DNA of 64,000 nt from Camelus ferus (GCF_009834535.1 NC_045698.1:2730001-2794000), one strand, 5' to 3'; positions 12,632-24,105 are shown, counted from the first letter of the stretch. Translations and numbers: made by a program. The notes: generated by a model from the letters alone, not told the origin.

Positions 12632-14060
12632 GTCAGAAAATCAATGACATAGTTGAATCCAACAACATCATCAAAATTTATTGGCTGTATTTGGCATTTA
12701 TAGACTTCTTCATCCAACAACAGTGGGGCACACATTCTTCTTGAGCGCTCATGGAACATTTCCCAAGATAGATGAGACAGACCACATTCTGGGCCTTAAA
12801 ACACACCTTAACAAATTTAAAAGAATAGAAATCAGACCACAATGGATTAAACTAGAAATCAACAACAGAAAGATAACTAGAGCACCCCAAGTTATGGAGC
12901 TTAAACAGCATACGTCTAATATGACACATAAACCAAAGAAGAACTTTCACGATTCATTCAGAAATACTTCAAGCTAAATAACAATAAAAATACAATTTAT
13001 CAAACTCTGTGAAATGCAGCCAAAGTAGCAAAAGCAGTGACTTGAGGGAAAGCCAGCTGGAAAGCCCTGAACATCACAACATTGTAAACTGACTTCACCT
13101 CAATTAAAAAAAAAAAAAAAAAAAAACCATTGGCCAGTCACACAGCGTTGGATGTATGTATTAGAAGAGATGACAGCTCTAAAATCAGCAACCTAACTTC
13201 CCACTGTAGGAAGCTAGAAGAAAAGAGAGCAGGTGAAGTCCAAAGCAGGCAGAACAAAAGGACTAATAACTATTAGAGCATAAATCAATGAAATTGAAAA
13301 CCAACAGAGTAAATCAACAAAGCCAAAGCTATTTTGTGAAACGATCAATAAATTCAATAAGCCTCTGGCTTAAACTTAGAATAAAAGAGAGGACACATTT
13401 TTAATGTCAGAAATGGAACAGAGGACATGACTACAGATCCTACAAATATTTAAAGGACAACGAAGAAATGCTGTGAACAACTCTGTGCCCCATCTTTGAA
13501 AGACAGTTTGCCAAAACTCACACAAGAAGAAACAGACAATCTGAACAGGACTAAATCTATGAAAGAGAAGGACTCAATAATAATTACCTTAAAAAACAGA
13601 AAGCACTTAGCCTAGATGGGTTCTTTGGTAAATTCTGCCAAATATTTAAAGAAAACTTGCACCAGTTCTTTGTAATCTCTTTCAGGTGATAGAAGCAGAG
13701 AGAAAACTTCCTAATTCATTCTGAGGCCAGAATTATCTTAACACCAAAAACAGACACATTGCAGAAAAGAAAACTACAAAACAAGGCATCTCATAAATTT
13801 TGATGCAGAATCCTAAGCACATTACTAGTTAATTGAATCCAAAAAGGTCTAAAAATAATCACACACCACAACCAAGTGAACTTTATCCAGGTGCACAAAG
13901 TCGGTTCAACACTGGAAAATCAATTGGTGTGTCATGAATTATCCATTCATGATAAACATTCTATGCAACTAGAAATACAAGGGAACTTCCTCAGACTGAT
14001 AAAGAATATCTACTAAAAACCTATAGGTAACATCATATTTAATGATGAGAAATTCAGAGC
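12632..14060 (+). mobile_element. Degenerate L1 ORF2 fragment (endonuclease end to start of reverse transcriptase)
   Basis: ORF 12681-12977 encodes IYRLLHPT..HTFFLSAHGTFPKID..HILGLKTHLNKFKRIEI, the L1 ORF2 endonuclease motif. Downstream DNA continues along ORF2 with stops and frameshifts. Confidence 0.92.
13066..13126 (+). mobile_element. Ultra-short young L1 3' tip with poly(A), nested in the older L1
   Basis: CACAACATTGTAAACTGACTTCACCTCAATT followed by a long pure A run. Near-identical to the terminus at 8651-8690. Confidence 0.8.
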
Positions 14061-14064
14061 TGAT

Positions 14065-14935
14065 CCTTTTACTGTCTCAATAGTTTTGACTTTCCCAAAA
14101 TATAATAGAGTTGGAATCATGCAGCATGTAATTTTGTCACATTGACTTCTGTTACTTAGTTTCTAAGTTCTTAAGATTCTTCTTTTGCTCATTCACCTAC
14201 TAATCACATCTTGGCTGCTTCAAAGTTTGGCAATAATTATGATTAAAGCTGCTATAAAGATGTAGGTGCAGGATTTTGTGTGGACCTACATCTTCCGTTC
14301 CTTTGGGGAAATGGTAAGAAGCGTGATTGCTGGACTGTATAAGAATATGTTAAGTTTTGTGAGAAATCGCCAAACTGTCTTCCAACGTGGCTGTGCTGTT
14401 TTCCATTTTCATCAGCAAAGAATGGGAGCCCTGGTTTCTCCACTTCCTCTTCATCGTCTGGTGCTGCCAGTGTTCTAGACTGTAGTGTAGTGTAGTGTAG
14501 TGGTGTCACATTGTTGTTCTAATTTTCATTTCCTTGATTCTACATGCTGTGCGACATTTTTTCATATGTTTATTTGTTATTTGTATATTTCTTCATGGGG
14601 TGCCCATTAAGGTCTTTATTTCTTGCAAATAATTTCTCCAAATCTGTGGCTTATCTTCTCATTCTCCTGACATTACCTTTTGTAGAACAGACATTTTAAA
14701 TTTTAATTAAGTTCAGCTTATCAATTATTTCTCTCATGGATGGTGCCTTTCTTGTTTCAGCTGAAAAGCCATCACCACACTCAAGGTCATCGAGGTTTTC
14801 TCCCATGTTATCTTCTAGGGGTTCACAGTTTTGCATTTTACGTTTAAGTCTATGATCCATTTTGAATTAATTTTTGCCAAGTGTGTAAGGTCTGTGACTA
14901 AATTCATTTTTTCGTATGCACATGTCCAGTTGTAC
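14065..14935 (-). mobile_element. L1M (L1MB/MC-like) ORF2 C-terminus and 3' UTR fragment
   Basis: Antisense L1 hallmarks: TTTTGTGAGAAATCGCCAAACTGTCTTCCAACGTGGCTGTGCTGTTTTCCATT and CTATGATCCATTTTGAATTAATTTTTG. Confidence 0.85.
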
Positions 14936-15289
14936 AATTGACTTCTCACAGCTGAGTATCAGCAGAAACACTGGGCTAGACTAGGTCTAACCAAGTGTGC
15001 AATATACCCGTCAATCTGGAGGTGACAGGTCTGTGTTTTATGGTTAATTAGCATTAACTTGGTTCTTCTATCCCTTTCTTGAACTTACAGTCTTCCTCCC
15101 CTCATCTTTAAAAAAAATCTATGTTCAACACATACGTTCTATTTATATTCTAGTTAAGAAAAGCTCTACCACACAGACTACTAAGTACGCAGATCTAACC
15201 CCTACACACCCTTCGAATTTTTCTAATCATTCTATTGACTTCTTTCTTTTTTATCAATGGCAGAATTGAATATCTCAACTAATGCAGCA

Positions 15290-16330
15290 AGAACACAACC
15301 AGTTCACCAACACAATAGAACAAAGAGATCAAAACGGAACAGTACATGTATGGAATCTTAGTCTATGACAGAGGGCTTGATGGGTAGGTGGGAAAAAAGA
15401 GAATTACTCAACAAATGAGCTGAAAAAATTGATTTCCATAAAGAAAAAAAAGATTTGATTCTTACATCCTATCTTACATAAAAAATAACATTGGATAGAT
15501 TAATAACTTACATATTAAAAAAAGAAAAGTTTAAAATTCAGTAAAAAAAATATAGGTTGATAACTCTTAAAACTTGATGTTGGAAAATATTTCTTAAACA
15601 ATGCACAAAAGTAGTTAACTATAAAAGATTAGTAAATTTACCATATAACAGTGAAGAATTTTGTATACTAAAACACATCTTAACAAAATGAAAAATATTA
15701 CACATTTTAAGAAGATATTTGCAATATACTTAATGAGTAAAACTTTGTAATTAAGAATATATAAAAAAGCCTGCAAGTTAATAAAAATATAAACAATTCA
15801 ATTAAAAATGGGCAAAATATATGAACAAGTACTTTACAGAAGAGAAAAGCAAATAACCAATAAACATATTAAGGGATTTTTAACATTATCAATGACAGGA
15901 AAATACGAGCCAAGACTTTGATAAAATAACTTTTAAACCTATTTTATTGCTGAAAATTAAGACGTCTCCCACAAGTGTCTTGGAAGTTTCCAAGAAGAAA
16001 TAAATCAAGAGAATTTCTTAATGTGACAAATAATTACAGCAAACTCTTGGAAAAGAAGTTGGACATAATCCCCGCAGGTTGACCACTCACATAGCTATGG
16101 CCAGTGACCCGCTCCCAGGGACACATCCAAGGGAGCTCTTGAACCAGAGAGGTGTGGGCAATACTGTCTACAATAACCCTGCTCAGAGCAGCAGAAACCT
16201 GGAAACCACCCGAACACCCATCAATTGCAGAATCAACAGGTAAGTCGGGTTGCACTCACTTAGTGGGATAGCTGATAGTAATCAAAAACAATGAATACAG
16301 TGACACACAAGGTGGGTGAATTTAAAGCCC
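15290..16330 (+). mobile_element. Old L1ME-like ORF2 3' region
   Basis: A-rich L1 sense sequence (CAATTAAAAATGGGCAAAATATATGAACAAGTACTTTACAGAAGAG; GAAACCTGGAAACCACCCGAACACCCATCAA). Confidence 0.75.
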
Positions 16331-16341
16331 AGCACATTCTT

Positions 16342-16720
16342 TGATGGATAATTTTATGTTCCAACTTGCCTAGACTGTGGTGCCCTATTATTTAGTCAAA
16401 CCCTAGTCTAGGTTTGCAGTGAAGATACTTTATAGATGTGATGAATATTTAAGTTTATAGGCTTTGAGTAAGGAATATCAGCCTCCATGATGTGGGTGGG
16501 CCCTGTCCAATCAGTTGAAGAACTTAAGAGCAAAGACAGGTTTCTCTTTAGGACTGTAACACAGACACCTTGCTTGAGTTTCCAACCTGCTGGCCTGAAG
16601 AATTAAGACTCAAGACTAAAGCATCAACTCTCAGCTGAATTGTTAATCTGTCCGCCTACCACACAGACTTCAGACTTACCAGCCCCCACAATCCCATAGG
16701 AGTTTATTAAAATGAATCTT
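16342..16720 (+). mobile_element. MLT2 (ERVL) LTR
   Basis: TGATGGATAATTTTATGTTCCAACTTG start and GATGTGGGTGGGCCCTGTCCAATCAGTTGAAG core, both typical of MLT2. Confidence 0.85.
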
Positions 16721-16785
16721 TGTCTCTCTCTGTTTCTCTTTGTCTCTGTCTCTCTCTTTCTTTCTTTCTTTTTCTCTGTCTCTCT
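16720..16785. repeat. Degenerate (CT)n / pyrimidine microsatellite
   Basis: TGTCTCTCTCTGTTTCTCTTTGTCTCTGTCTCTCTCTTTCTTTC, seen directly. Confidence 0.8.
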
Positions 16786-17339
16786 AGTAATAAAGATTCA
16801 CTTAGCAAAATGTTTTTGATAATTCAGAAAATGATTTCTATATCTATACCTACATCATAACTTTAAGAATATATATGGCTACCATAAAACTTGAAGAAAA
16901 GCCAGAAAATAATGAACATAGGATAAAGGATGATTAGTGTTAGGGGTAGAGGAAGGCAGAAGAAAAGGATGGAGTGGAGATTACAGTTAACGTAAGTTAT
17001 TGTCAGCGTCACACCTGCTTTTTGAGAGTGGGTGCATGAGAACTAGTTACATTATTAAAAAAAAACTAACACAATTGCTTAATAAAAGCAGCCAGCGTGG
17101 ATCAATGAGAATGAGTCACAAACACAGGTTATGCGTCACCCAATTTTTCGCATCTGAGATCCATTAAAATAAAATAAATAGGTAAGTAAGTAAACAGTTC
17201 AATAAAATCAATGAACTTCTGGTACCAAAGGATGGCGGCAGGGGAGGAAGGATGAAAGGTACTCAAGCTGAGAGAGATGCGTCTCAGTGGTTAAGCTCAT
17301 TTCCCCAACGGACTGTCAGGAAAGCTGAAGCAGGATTGG

Positions 17340-17503
17340 CTTTCAAAGCCTTGGCTGCACCCTGGAATCATCTGGGAAGCAGAAAATCCTGCTGCTCCGT
17401 TCTCAGTTATTCTGGTTTAGCTGATCTTGGGTGTAGCCGAGGCATCCACATATGTTAAAAATGTCCTGTGATGCTAAGGTGAAGCTGAGGCTGAGATGCA
17501 CTA
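17340..17503. mobile_element. MER5-like hAT-Charlie DNA transposon remnant
   Basis: CCTTGGCTGCACCCTGGAATCATCTGGGAAGC...GTGATGCTAAGGTGAAGCTGAGGCTGAGATGCACT resembles MER5A/B. Confidence 0.65.
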
Positions 17504-20500
17504 GGACAGAGGTTGCATCTTATTTTGATGGTACTTGGGCAGTTGCTTAAAGTCAGTTTTAAGCAGAGGAGGAACTTGAACAAATTCACTCTGTAGAAGG
17601 AGTGCTCCAGACACAGACTGAGAGTGGGTGGTTAGGAGCAGAGACTGGAGGTCAGGAAGGGAGGCGGGGAGTGGCTCTTCTCTGTGGGAACGGAGAACAG
17701 AGTGATTCTGTTGACCAGTGGGTGCAGAGGCTGAGAGAGAGGGAGGTGTGCGGGCTTCCTCTGAGTCTAGGAAGAGCCAGAGTTTGGGGATGAGGTAGGT
17801 TGAGGCAGATGAGGGGAGGGAAGCCTGGCCTTTTGATACGTTGCCTTTGCAGGACCTAAGAATGTTCTTGGAAGAATCACGCTGGCTACAGGAAGGATGT
17901 GTGAGTCATCCGAGGCGTCTTGTTTGTAGGGAGCTGACGTAAGGAAAAAGCTTCGGTGATGTTTGCCTTTCCTAGAAGGCTTTCCTGCTGTGTTCACTTT
18001 TTATTCTGAGTTCTTTGTGGCAAGTGACAGGTGTGCTGCCTTCCAGGGAGCGAGGTCTCTGTGACTGCATCGCTGGGACCCACCCACCTCTGTGGGGTCC
18101 CGTTCCTAGAGGCAGGCGGGACCCCTCTGCTGCTTTCAAGTATCCAAAATGTTTAGTGTTGTCCCACACTCCTCTTCTCTGTTGCTTTGTTTGTTTTTTT
18201 TTATACAAATGTGGGTGATCCACTAAATTGACAATTAAAATCATTAGCAAGCAGTGTTTTTTCTAGGTGTGTGAGGCCATAAGGAGCCATGTAAAGGTTT
18301 ATTAATGATCAGATTAATGTTGATATTAAGAGTCATATTAATGATTAAAGATCAAATAAAGAATTCTATATTTCATTTGTTCATGACTTGTTCATCGAAA
18401 GCCTAGTCCCAATTATTTCTATAATACGAGTGGTTTTTGTATTTTATAACTTGTTATCTTGAAAGAAATTGAAGAGAGAAAGCACCTAAATCTACAAGAT
18501 GAATTTAAATCCTCTGGCCCCACTTCCTCTTCTTAAAGCTCAGGATACTTGAAAGACTTTTCTTCATTCTCTTCTGATTCCTTATTGTGGACATTTTCTA
18601 TTTAATCGCAGTCAGGTAATGATTTATTTGGATTTTTTTAAGATAGGGGTGAAAAGAGCGTGTTGGACACCCAGCCTTACTTTGCTTGTCACCAGAGCCC
18701 TGGCGCCTGGGTCTGACTGGACGACAGACCCACAAGGAGAAGCGCTGGCAGGCTCTTTCCTAATGGCCTTGCACCCAGGCAGAAGTGTTTGTCAAATTAA
18801 ATGGGGAAAATCGTCAGGATTTTTGAAGGGAATGAGGAGCAAAGGGAAAGCGTCGCTAATTTGTGAAAACACAGAGAGGAAAGGATGCCCCTGAGCCTCC
18901 GGCCTGGGTCCTGCCTCTGTCAGGTCCCCTCACTCTTGAAGAAAGCAGGGCCCTTCTGAGCAGGAGAGGTCAGAACCAGGTCAGGGGGTGACCTGCGTCT
19001 CGCCTCCTGCCGTCACTCAGCTTCCTAATCCTGCACCTCTTGACAGCCTGGACGAGGAACAGCTCCGACTACTCAGACTGCAGGATGAGCTGGAGTAAAC
19101 AGCTGGACCGGGGAGGGCGGGGAGGGGCTGGGAGGAGGGTGGGGGAATCAGGCATCAATCCTGGGCGTCTCACCCACAGGACTGCAGCCCGGAGAGCACC
19201 GGGCTCCCTGCGACTGTTGGGGTCATCAGATTCCAGCAGGCATCGTCTCCCGTGATCTCTCCAGAAGCTGGGGACGACACGAGGTTGTTCTTGGGACCAT
19301 GAGTCACACGATGATGAAATCTACAAAGGGAGTGAGGACCGAGCTGAGAGCAGAGACGCCTCTGGCATCCATCACGGCTGCTTGTGTGACGTCAGCCCTC
19401 ATTTCCAGGAGGAAAAGACAACAGCCCATGACAGAATCCAGCCGGCCACGCCTGGAAAAAGGATGAGCCACTTGTGGTCTGTCTCTGTCACACGATAAGA
19501 GGTTGGAAGGTTGTTAAATGGCTCAGCCCTGGGCTGGGAAGACATGCGTGACTTAGAGCCGTGCGCTCTTTGATTCTGAACATGGACATAAAATATTCAG
19601 TTGATGGAGTGACTGTAACCTTACACGTCTGGAATGCAGAGGGGCATTTATGATAATTAGAAATAATCAAATCCAGACCACGGAAATAGGTGCAAGAGAA
19701 TATTAAGTAATTTGTAGCCAAATGGCTTTGGGACCTTAAGGTAAAATTTCCAGGTGGTGCTTTGAGGACTCGTAAACACTCGATTTAAAGGGGCAATATT
19801 AACATGGAGGTTTACGATCAGAGCATTGAAATTAAATTGATTGTGTCTGCTCTGGCTCTAAAAATTAAAATGGAATAATAATTTGGCTCCCTAAGTTAAA
19901 AGGCTTAAAGCTACGACTTGCAGAGCAACATCTGACATCAGGGAGGCTCAGGACTGTAGCTCAGAGGAGCAGAAAGCTCCCAGCCCGGAGTCAGAGAACA
20001 CGGATTGTCCCCCAGACGTCCCTTTCTGTTCCTCTCACCTTCCTGGACAAAAACGACACACGGTGTGAGGGGGATTGATGGAGGCAGTGCCGCCAGGGAC
20101 CACGTGCTCAGGATACGTGAACTTGACGGCCGGAGTGCTAACTGCTCCGGGCACAGAGTGAAGCCTGAGAAACAAGATGTGAACAATATAGTGGGGTGGC
20201 CCAAGAGGAGGAGCTGGAGAGAAAACTGAGGCATCACTAGGAAAACCTGCTTGGTAGCAGCCTCCTGGGATGGTTCTGGGTGGGAGGGAGGAAATCGAAG
20301 AGAGTTAGGCTCAGACATCGTCCTGGAGGTGGAGATGATAACAAAAACTCTTGCCCTGCCTTCCTTCTAGACTTGTCGGGAAAATCACAGAGGAAAGCAT
20401 GCTGGGGTCATCCCGTGGATCACGAAGTGGAGCACGGACACAGGCCTGCGTCTGACATCTGTGAAGGGGGTGACACTGATTCATGGAATGAACAAAGTCA

Positions 20501-20619
20501 GTACACGGATGGAAATGCTGAAAACAAGACAGTGTAAGAAACAAGCCAGGGATTCGCCAAGAATTTGAAAACATGGCCCTTTCTGCCTCTTACGGGATGT
20601 CCTGGCCACTTAAGCTTGA

Positions 20620-20790
20620 CTAGCACAGCAGTTAAGAACCCCAGCCCTGGAGCTGTGAGATGGGTCCCGGTTCAGCCGGCTTCCTCCCTGGGTCTCCGGA
20701 TTCCCGTCTGCAGAAGGAGGAGGTAACCACATTGCCTGGCCCAAGAGTGGCCATCAGATGAAAGGACTTGGGACACATAAAGTATTCTAA
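20620..20790 (+). mobile_element. MIR SINE remnant
   Basis: AGCACAGCAGTTAAGAACCCCAGCCCTGGAGC...GTCTCCGGATTCCCGTCTGCAGAAGG resembles the MIR head and core. Confidence 0.55.
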
Positions 20791-20794
20791 AAAG

Positions 20795-21260
20795 TGAAAG
20801 GCTCAAAGGAAGGTCAGGCTGAGAGATGGAAACTTGGAGTTATTTGTGTACGGATGGCATGGAAAGGCGTGAGACAGGATGACATCATGAGGAAAAGCCT
20901 CAGCTGAGAAGGGAGGCAAGGACTGAGCCCAGAGGCACACTGACCTTCAGAGGCTGGGACCATCAAAAGAAATACCAGAGTGACTTCTGCCTCTGAGAGG
21001 GAGAGGCCAGCGAAGTGGACGGAAGCTGGGAAAGGATGGTGCCCTGGGACCCTGGCGATCAACAGCTTCTAAGGAGGAGGAGTTGGTCAACCCTGGTAAA
21101 GGCTGCTCCTGGGTCAGGGAAGGTCAGGACGGACCGTGGGTTCTCACGACGTGAAGGTCATTGCTGACTTTAGGGAGAGCACCCCCAGGGACAGGGTGGG
21201 GACGAAAGCGTCTCGGAAGAGAAGACTCAGAGACAGACAGCCGGCTCCGCGGTGCCAGCA
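20795..21260 (-). mobile_element. L2 remnant running into the CpG island
   Basis: GGTCAGGCTGAGAGATGGAAACTTGGAGTTA..., GGACTGAGCCCAGAGGCACACTGACC and GAAGGTCATTGCTGACTTTAGGGAGAGCA match antisense L2. Confidence 0.65.
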
Positions 21261-21635
21261 GTGGCTGGAGGGGGGGCGGGTCTGAGGACCAGGGGGAAAG
21301 CAGCGCGTGGCGATGCGCGGGAGGCCGTCGGGCCCCGAGTCCCATCGCCTCGCCCCGTCCTCGTTCCGGCTCTGACGTGCTCTGCAGACTTTCCAGGGAG
21401 CCTGCTCCAGGCAACCGCACCAGCAAGATTCCAGCGGCTCAAACACACTTAAAGGGATCGGAAGAGCGTGAGCCGAGGGCTTCATAAAGCCGGAAATAAT
21501 AGCGTGCGGAGGGGAAGGGTGCGTGGAGAGAGGAAGGCGCCGCGCCCCCGACAGCGCGGCAGGCGGCGGCGAGTGTCCCCGGAGACTTCCGGTGAGCGCA
21601 CTGCGGTGGGTCTCCTGCCGTGACACCTGTTCTGC
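21125..21635 (+). promoter_or_regulatory. CpG island, probable promoter and first exon
   Basis: Dense CpG. ETS cores at TTCCGG (~21364), GCCGGAAAT (~21489) and ACTTCCGG (21585-21592); CRE half-site TGACGT (~21373). Ends in a strong donor CCG|GTGAGC (exon end 21591). Confidence 0.7.
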
Positions 21636-21689
21636 GTGTTTCTAGAATCTAAATATGTAGGCACTATTGGTTTTTTTTAGTAAAAAGAC

Positions 21690-21745
21690 TTATTTATATA
21701 TATATAAATATATATTTATATATATATAAAAATATATATATATAT
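21690..21745. repeat. (TA)n microsatellite next to an L1 tail
   Basis: TATTTATATATATATAAATATATATTTATATATATATAAAAATATATATATATA, seen directly. Confidence 0.9.
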
Positions 21746-21958
21746 TTTTTTTCTTTTTATTGAAGTAGAGTCAGCTTGCAGCGTTGTGTCAGTTCTGGTG
21801 TGCAGCACGGTGCTTCAGTCATACATGTACATACATATATTTGCTTTCATATTCTTCGTCACCGTAAGTTACTACGAGGTATTGAATACAGTTCCCTGTG
21901 CTGTTCAGCATGAGCTTGCTGCTTATCTATGTCACATATAGTAACCAGTATCTGCAGA
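21745..21958 (-). mobile_element. Lineage-specific L1 3' end (GC-shifted copy)
   Basis: T-tract followed by ATTGAAGTAGAGTCAGCTTGCAGCGTTGTGTCAG...GTATTGAATACAGTTCCCTGTGCTG; reverse-complement homologue of 8506-8690. Confidence 0.88.
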
Positions 21959-22120
21959 AGACTTATTTTTAAATGGCCATGAAACTCACCGTGCTCAAAA
22001 GGCCTTTGCAATCGAGTAGGAATAAGCGGCAATGCCATAGAACAGAGTCTGCTCTTGTGCAGCAGTTTACGTAGCATCCAAAGCCGCCTCGAGAAATGGA
22101 CGTTATCCCTTGTTTTCCAG

Positions 22121-22292
22121 GAGGAACTGGAAACTCAGCTCAGATGATGCATCCGACAAGTGGCTCCCAGGCTGCCCGGAACCAGACGCAGGGCTGCCCC
22201 TAACCTCCCGATACCCCGCTCCAACTCTGCAGCACGTGGCAGGCAGAGGAAGCTCAGCATCCCACCCATAAGGTGTCTCAACCATAGCGTCA
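22121..22292 (+). other. Candidate internal exon (probably non-coding)
   Basis: Acceptor TTATCCCTTGTTTTCCAG| and donor TCA|GTAAGA, 172 nt, 530 bp after the CpG-island donor. The only ATG-started frame is 19 codons. Confidence 0.4.
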
Positions 22293-22304
22293 GTAAGAAA
22301 GGGA

Positions 22305-22912
22305 AGATGCAGGGCGTGGGGAGGGGCAGATTGGGAGCTTGCGATTTGCAGATACAAACCACAATATACCAGATAGATACACAACAGGCTCTTCTGTTCA
22401 GCACAGGGGATTGTATTTAACGCCTCATGAAGTCATACGTCATTTTGAACTAAAACCATGAATGGACACTGGTCAATGAAAAGCCTTTCTGTTGTTTTCA
22501 GGACTGTGAGGACTGGGGTGACTTGAAGTGGGCAACTCTTAGGGTTCGTAAAAGGATACGGGTATTTCAAGAAGGTGATTCAGTCCAGGGAGGTGGCACT
22601 TTCTAAACAAGCACAAGGCTAAACATAGCTCATGAATTTCCTGGATGAAATTAGGTTTTCCAGTCTAGTCAGATCAGACCACCATTACTTAGCCAGCACG
22701 AGCTACCTTGAGAACCAAAGGGCAAAATAATCAACAATTAGAGGGTGTCTGCCATGTGCAAATGAAAACAAACAAACAAACAAAAAACAACCTTGTGATA
22801 ACCTATAATGAAAAAGAATATGAAAAGAAATAGACCTATATGCATAACTGAAACACTAGCTGTGTGCAAGAAACCAGCACAACATCGTCAATTGACTTTA
22901 CTTCAATAAAAA
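22305..22912 (+). mobile_element. L1 3' end split by a ~370-bp insertion
   Basis: 22305-22420 (GATTGGGAGCTTGCGATTTGCAGATAC...AGCACAGGGGATTGTATTTAA) resumes collinearly at about 22789 (CCTTGTGATAACCTATAATGAAAAAGAATATG...CTTCAATAAAAA). Confidence 0.85.
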
Positions 22913-23709
22913 ATTATTATTAAAAACAAAGATGTAAACCAGAGCACATCTTTGTTTTAAAAATGTGTGCATTACAAAAGCTAGAGAACTGCTTCCTGGT
23001 TTAATGAAGATTTGCACTAGGTCCTGGGAGATGAATCAAGGCTAAGACGATTTCTTTGGTAGGAGCTGCCCTCCTGCTCCAGTCTAAGTTCCATGAAAGA
23101 AGAAAGTTTACAATTTTTTCCCAGCCCCCAGAGAAGTAATGGGACCACTGTTGACATGCAGTGAATTCTGCTGAACTCAAGAACGGAGGCGTGAGACACT
23201 GCAAGTAGGACATAAACAGCAACGGAAGGTAAACAGATTTTATAACAACAGCCTATAGATTAATTCTCACTTTTGAAAAAAAAATTACTCTAAAATTTTG
23301 ATCTGTGCGATATAGCACCCCTGCTGTAGCTAAAAGTTATCAGTCAAATAGCTCATGTAGCTGTTGGCGTTGTTAAAATGGAGGTTTTCCATATGACTGC
23401 ATCTCCTAATGGACTGGATTGTTTCTTTCAGCAATTTTTTCTTCAGTTGAGTCACAATGGCCTCGATCTGTCTTATGTGTATAAGTACCTTACTTCTTAC
23501 ATCACAAAGTTTGCCTTTCTTTGATAATTCTGGGTCACTCAGTGTTATACTTTGCTAAAATAAAGAGAAAGCATGGGTGGTGCTTTGGGATAGAACTTGC
23601 ATTTATTTAATAGACATGCAATTGTGAAAGTGGCCTTCTGAGGTAGGCTCAGTGTTCCAGCCTCATCCCGGAGGACGTCGAGGTCACGCGGGTGGAGGGA
23701 GCTCTCTAA

Positions 23710-24105
23710 ATTGCCTGTTGCTGCAACATATCAGTGGCCTAAGACTGCACACATTTATTGTGTCAGTTTCAGGAGGTCAGGGGTTGACACCCTCTGCCAG
23801 GGGTCGCACAGGCTGCAGTTAAGGTGTTGGTTGGGGGAGGCAGAACCTGTTCCCTTTCTCTGTAGAACTGAACCCCTCAGCTTCCCCGGAGGCTGCTTGC
23901 CAACCACTGCCTATCAGCCCCCTCCTCCCCTCAGGCCAGCATAGAACACCCCTTCTGCTTGGGGCCTCTCGCCTCCCGAGCCCCTTTCCAGGGCTCAGGT
24001 CCGGTGCCCCAGGGCCATCTGCAGGTTGAACTCCTGAAATCAACCGACCAAGGGCTTCAATCACACCTGCAGAACCCCTTTGCCTCTGCCACGCAGCAAA
24101 ACCTA
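23710..24105 (-). mobile_element. MLT1 LTR
   Basis: TTGCCTGTTGCTGCAACA...CAGTGGCCTAAGAC...CATTTATTG...CACAGGCTGCAGTTAAGGTGTTGG, antisense MLT1. Confidence 0.7.

Noticed and set aside
12681..12977. 98-aa ORF as a host gene
   Set aside because: It is a disrupted L1 ORF2 endonuclease remnant.
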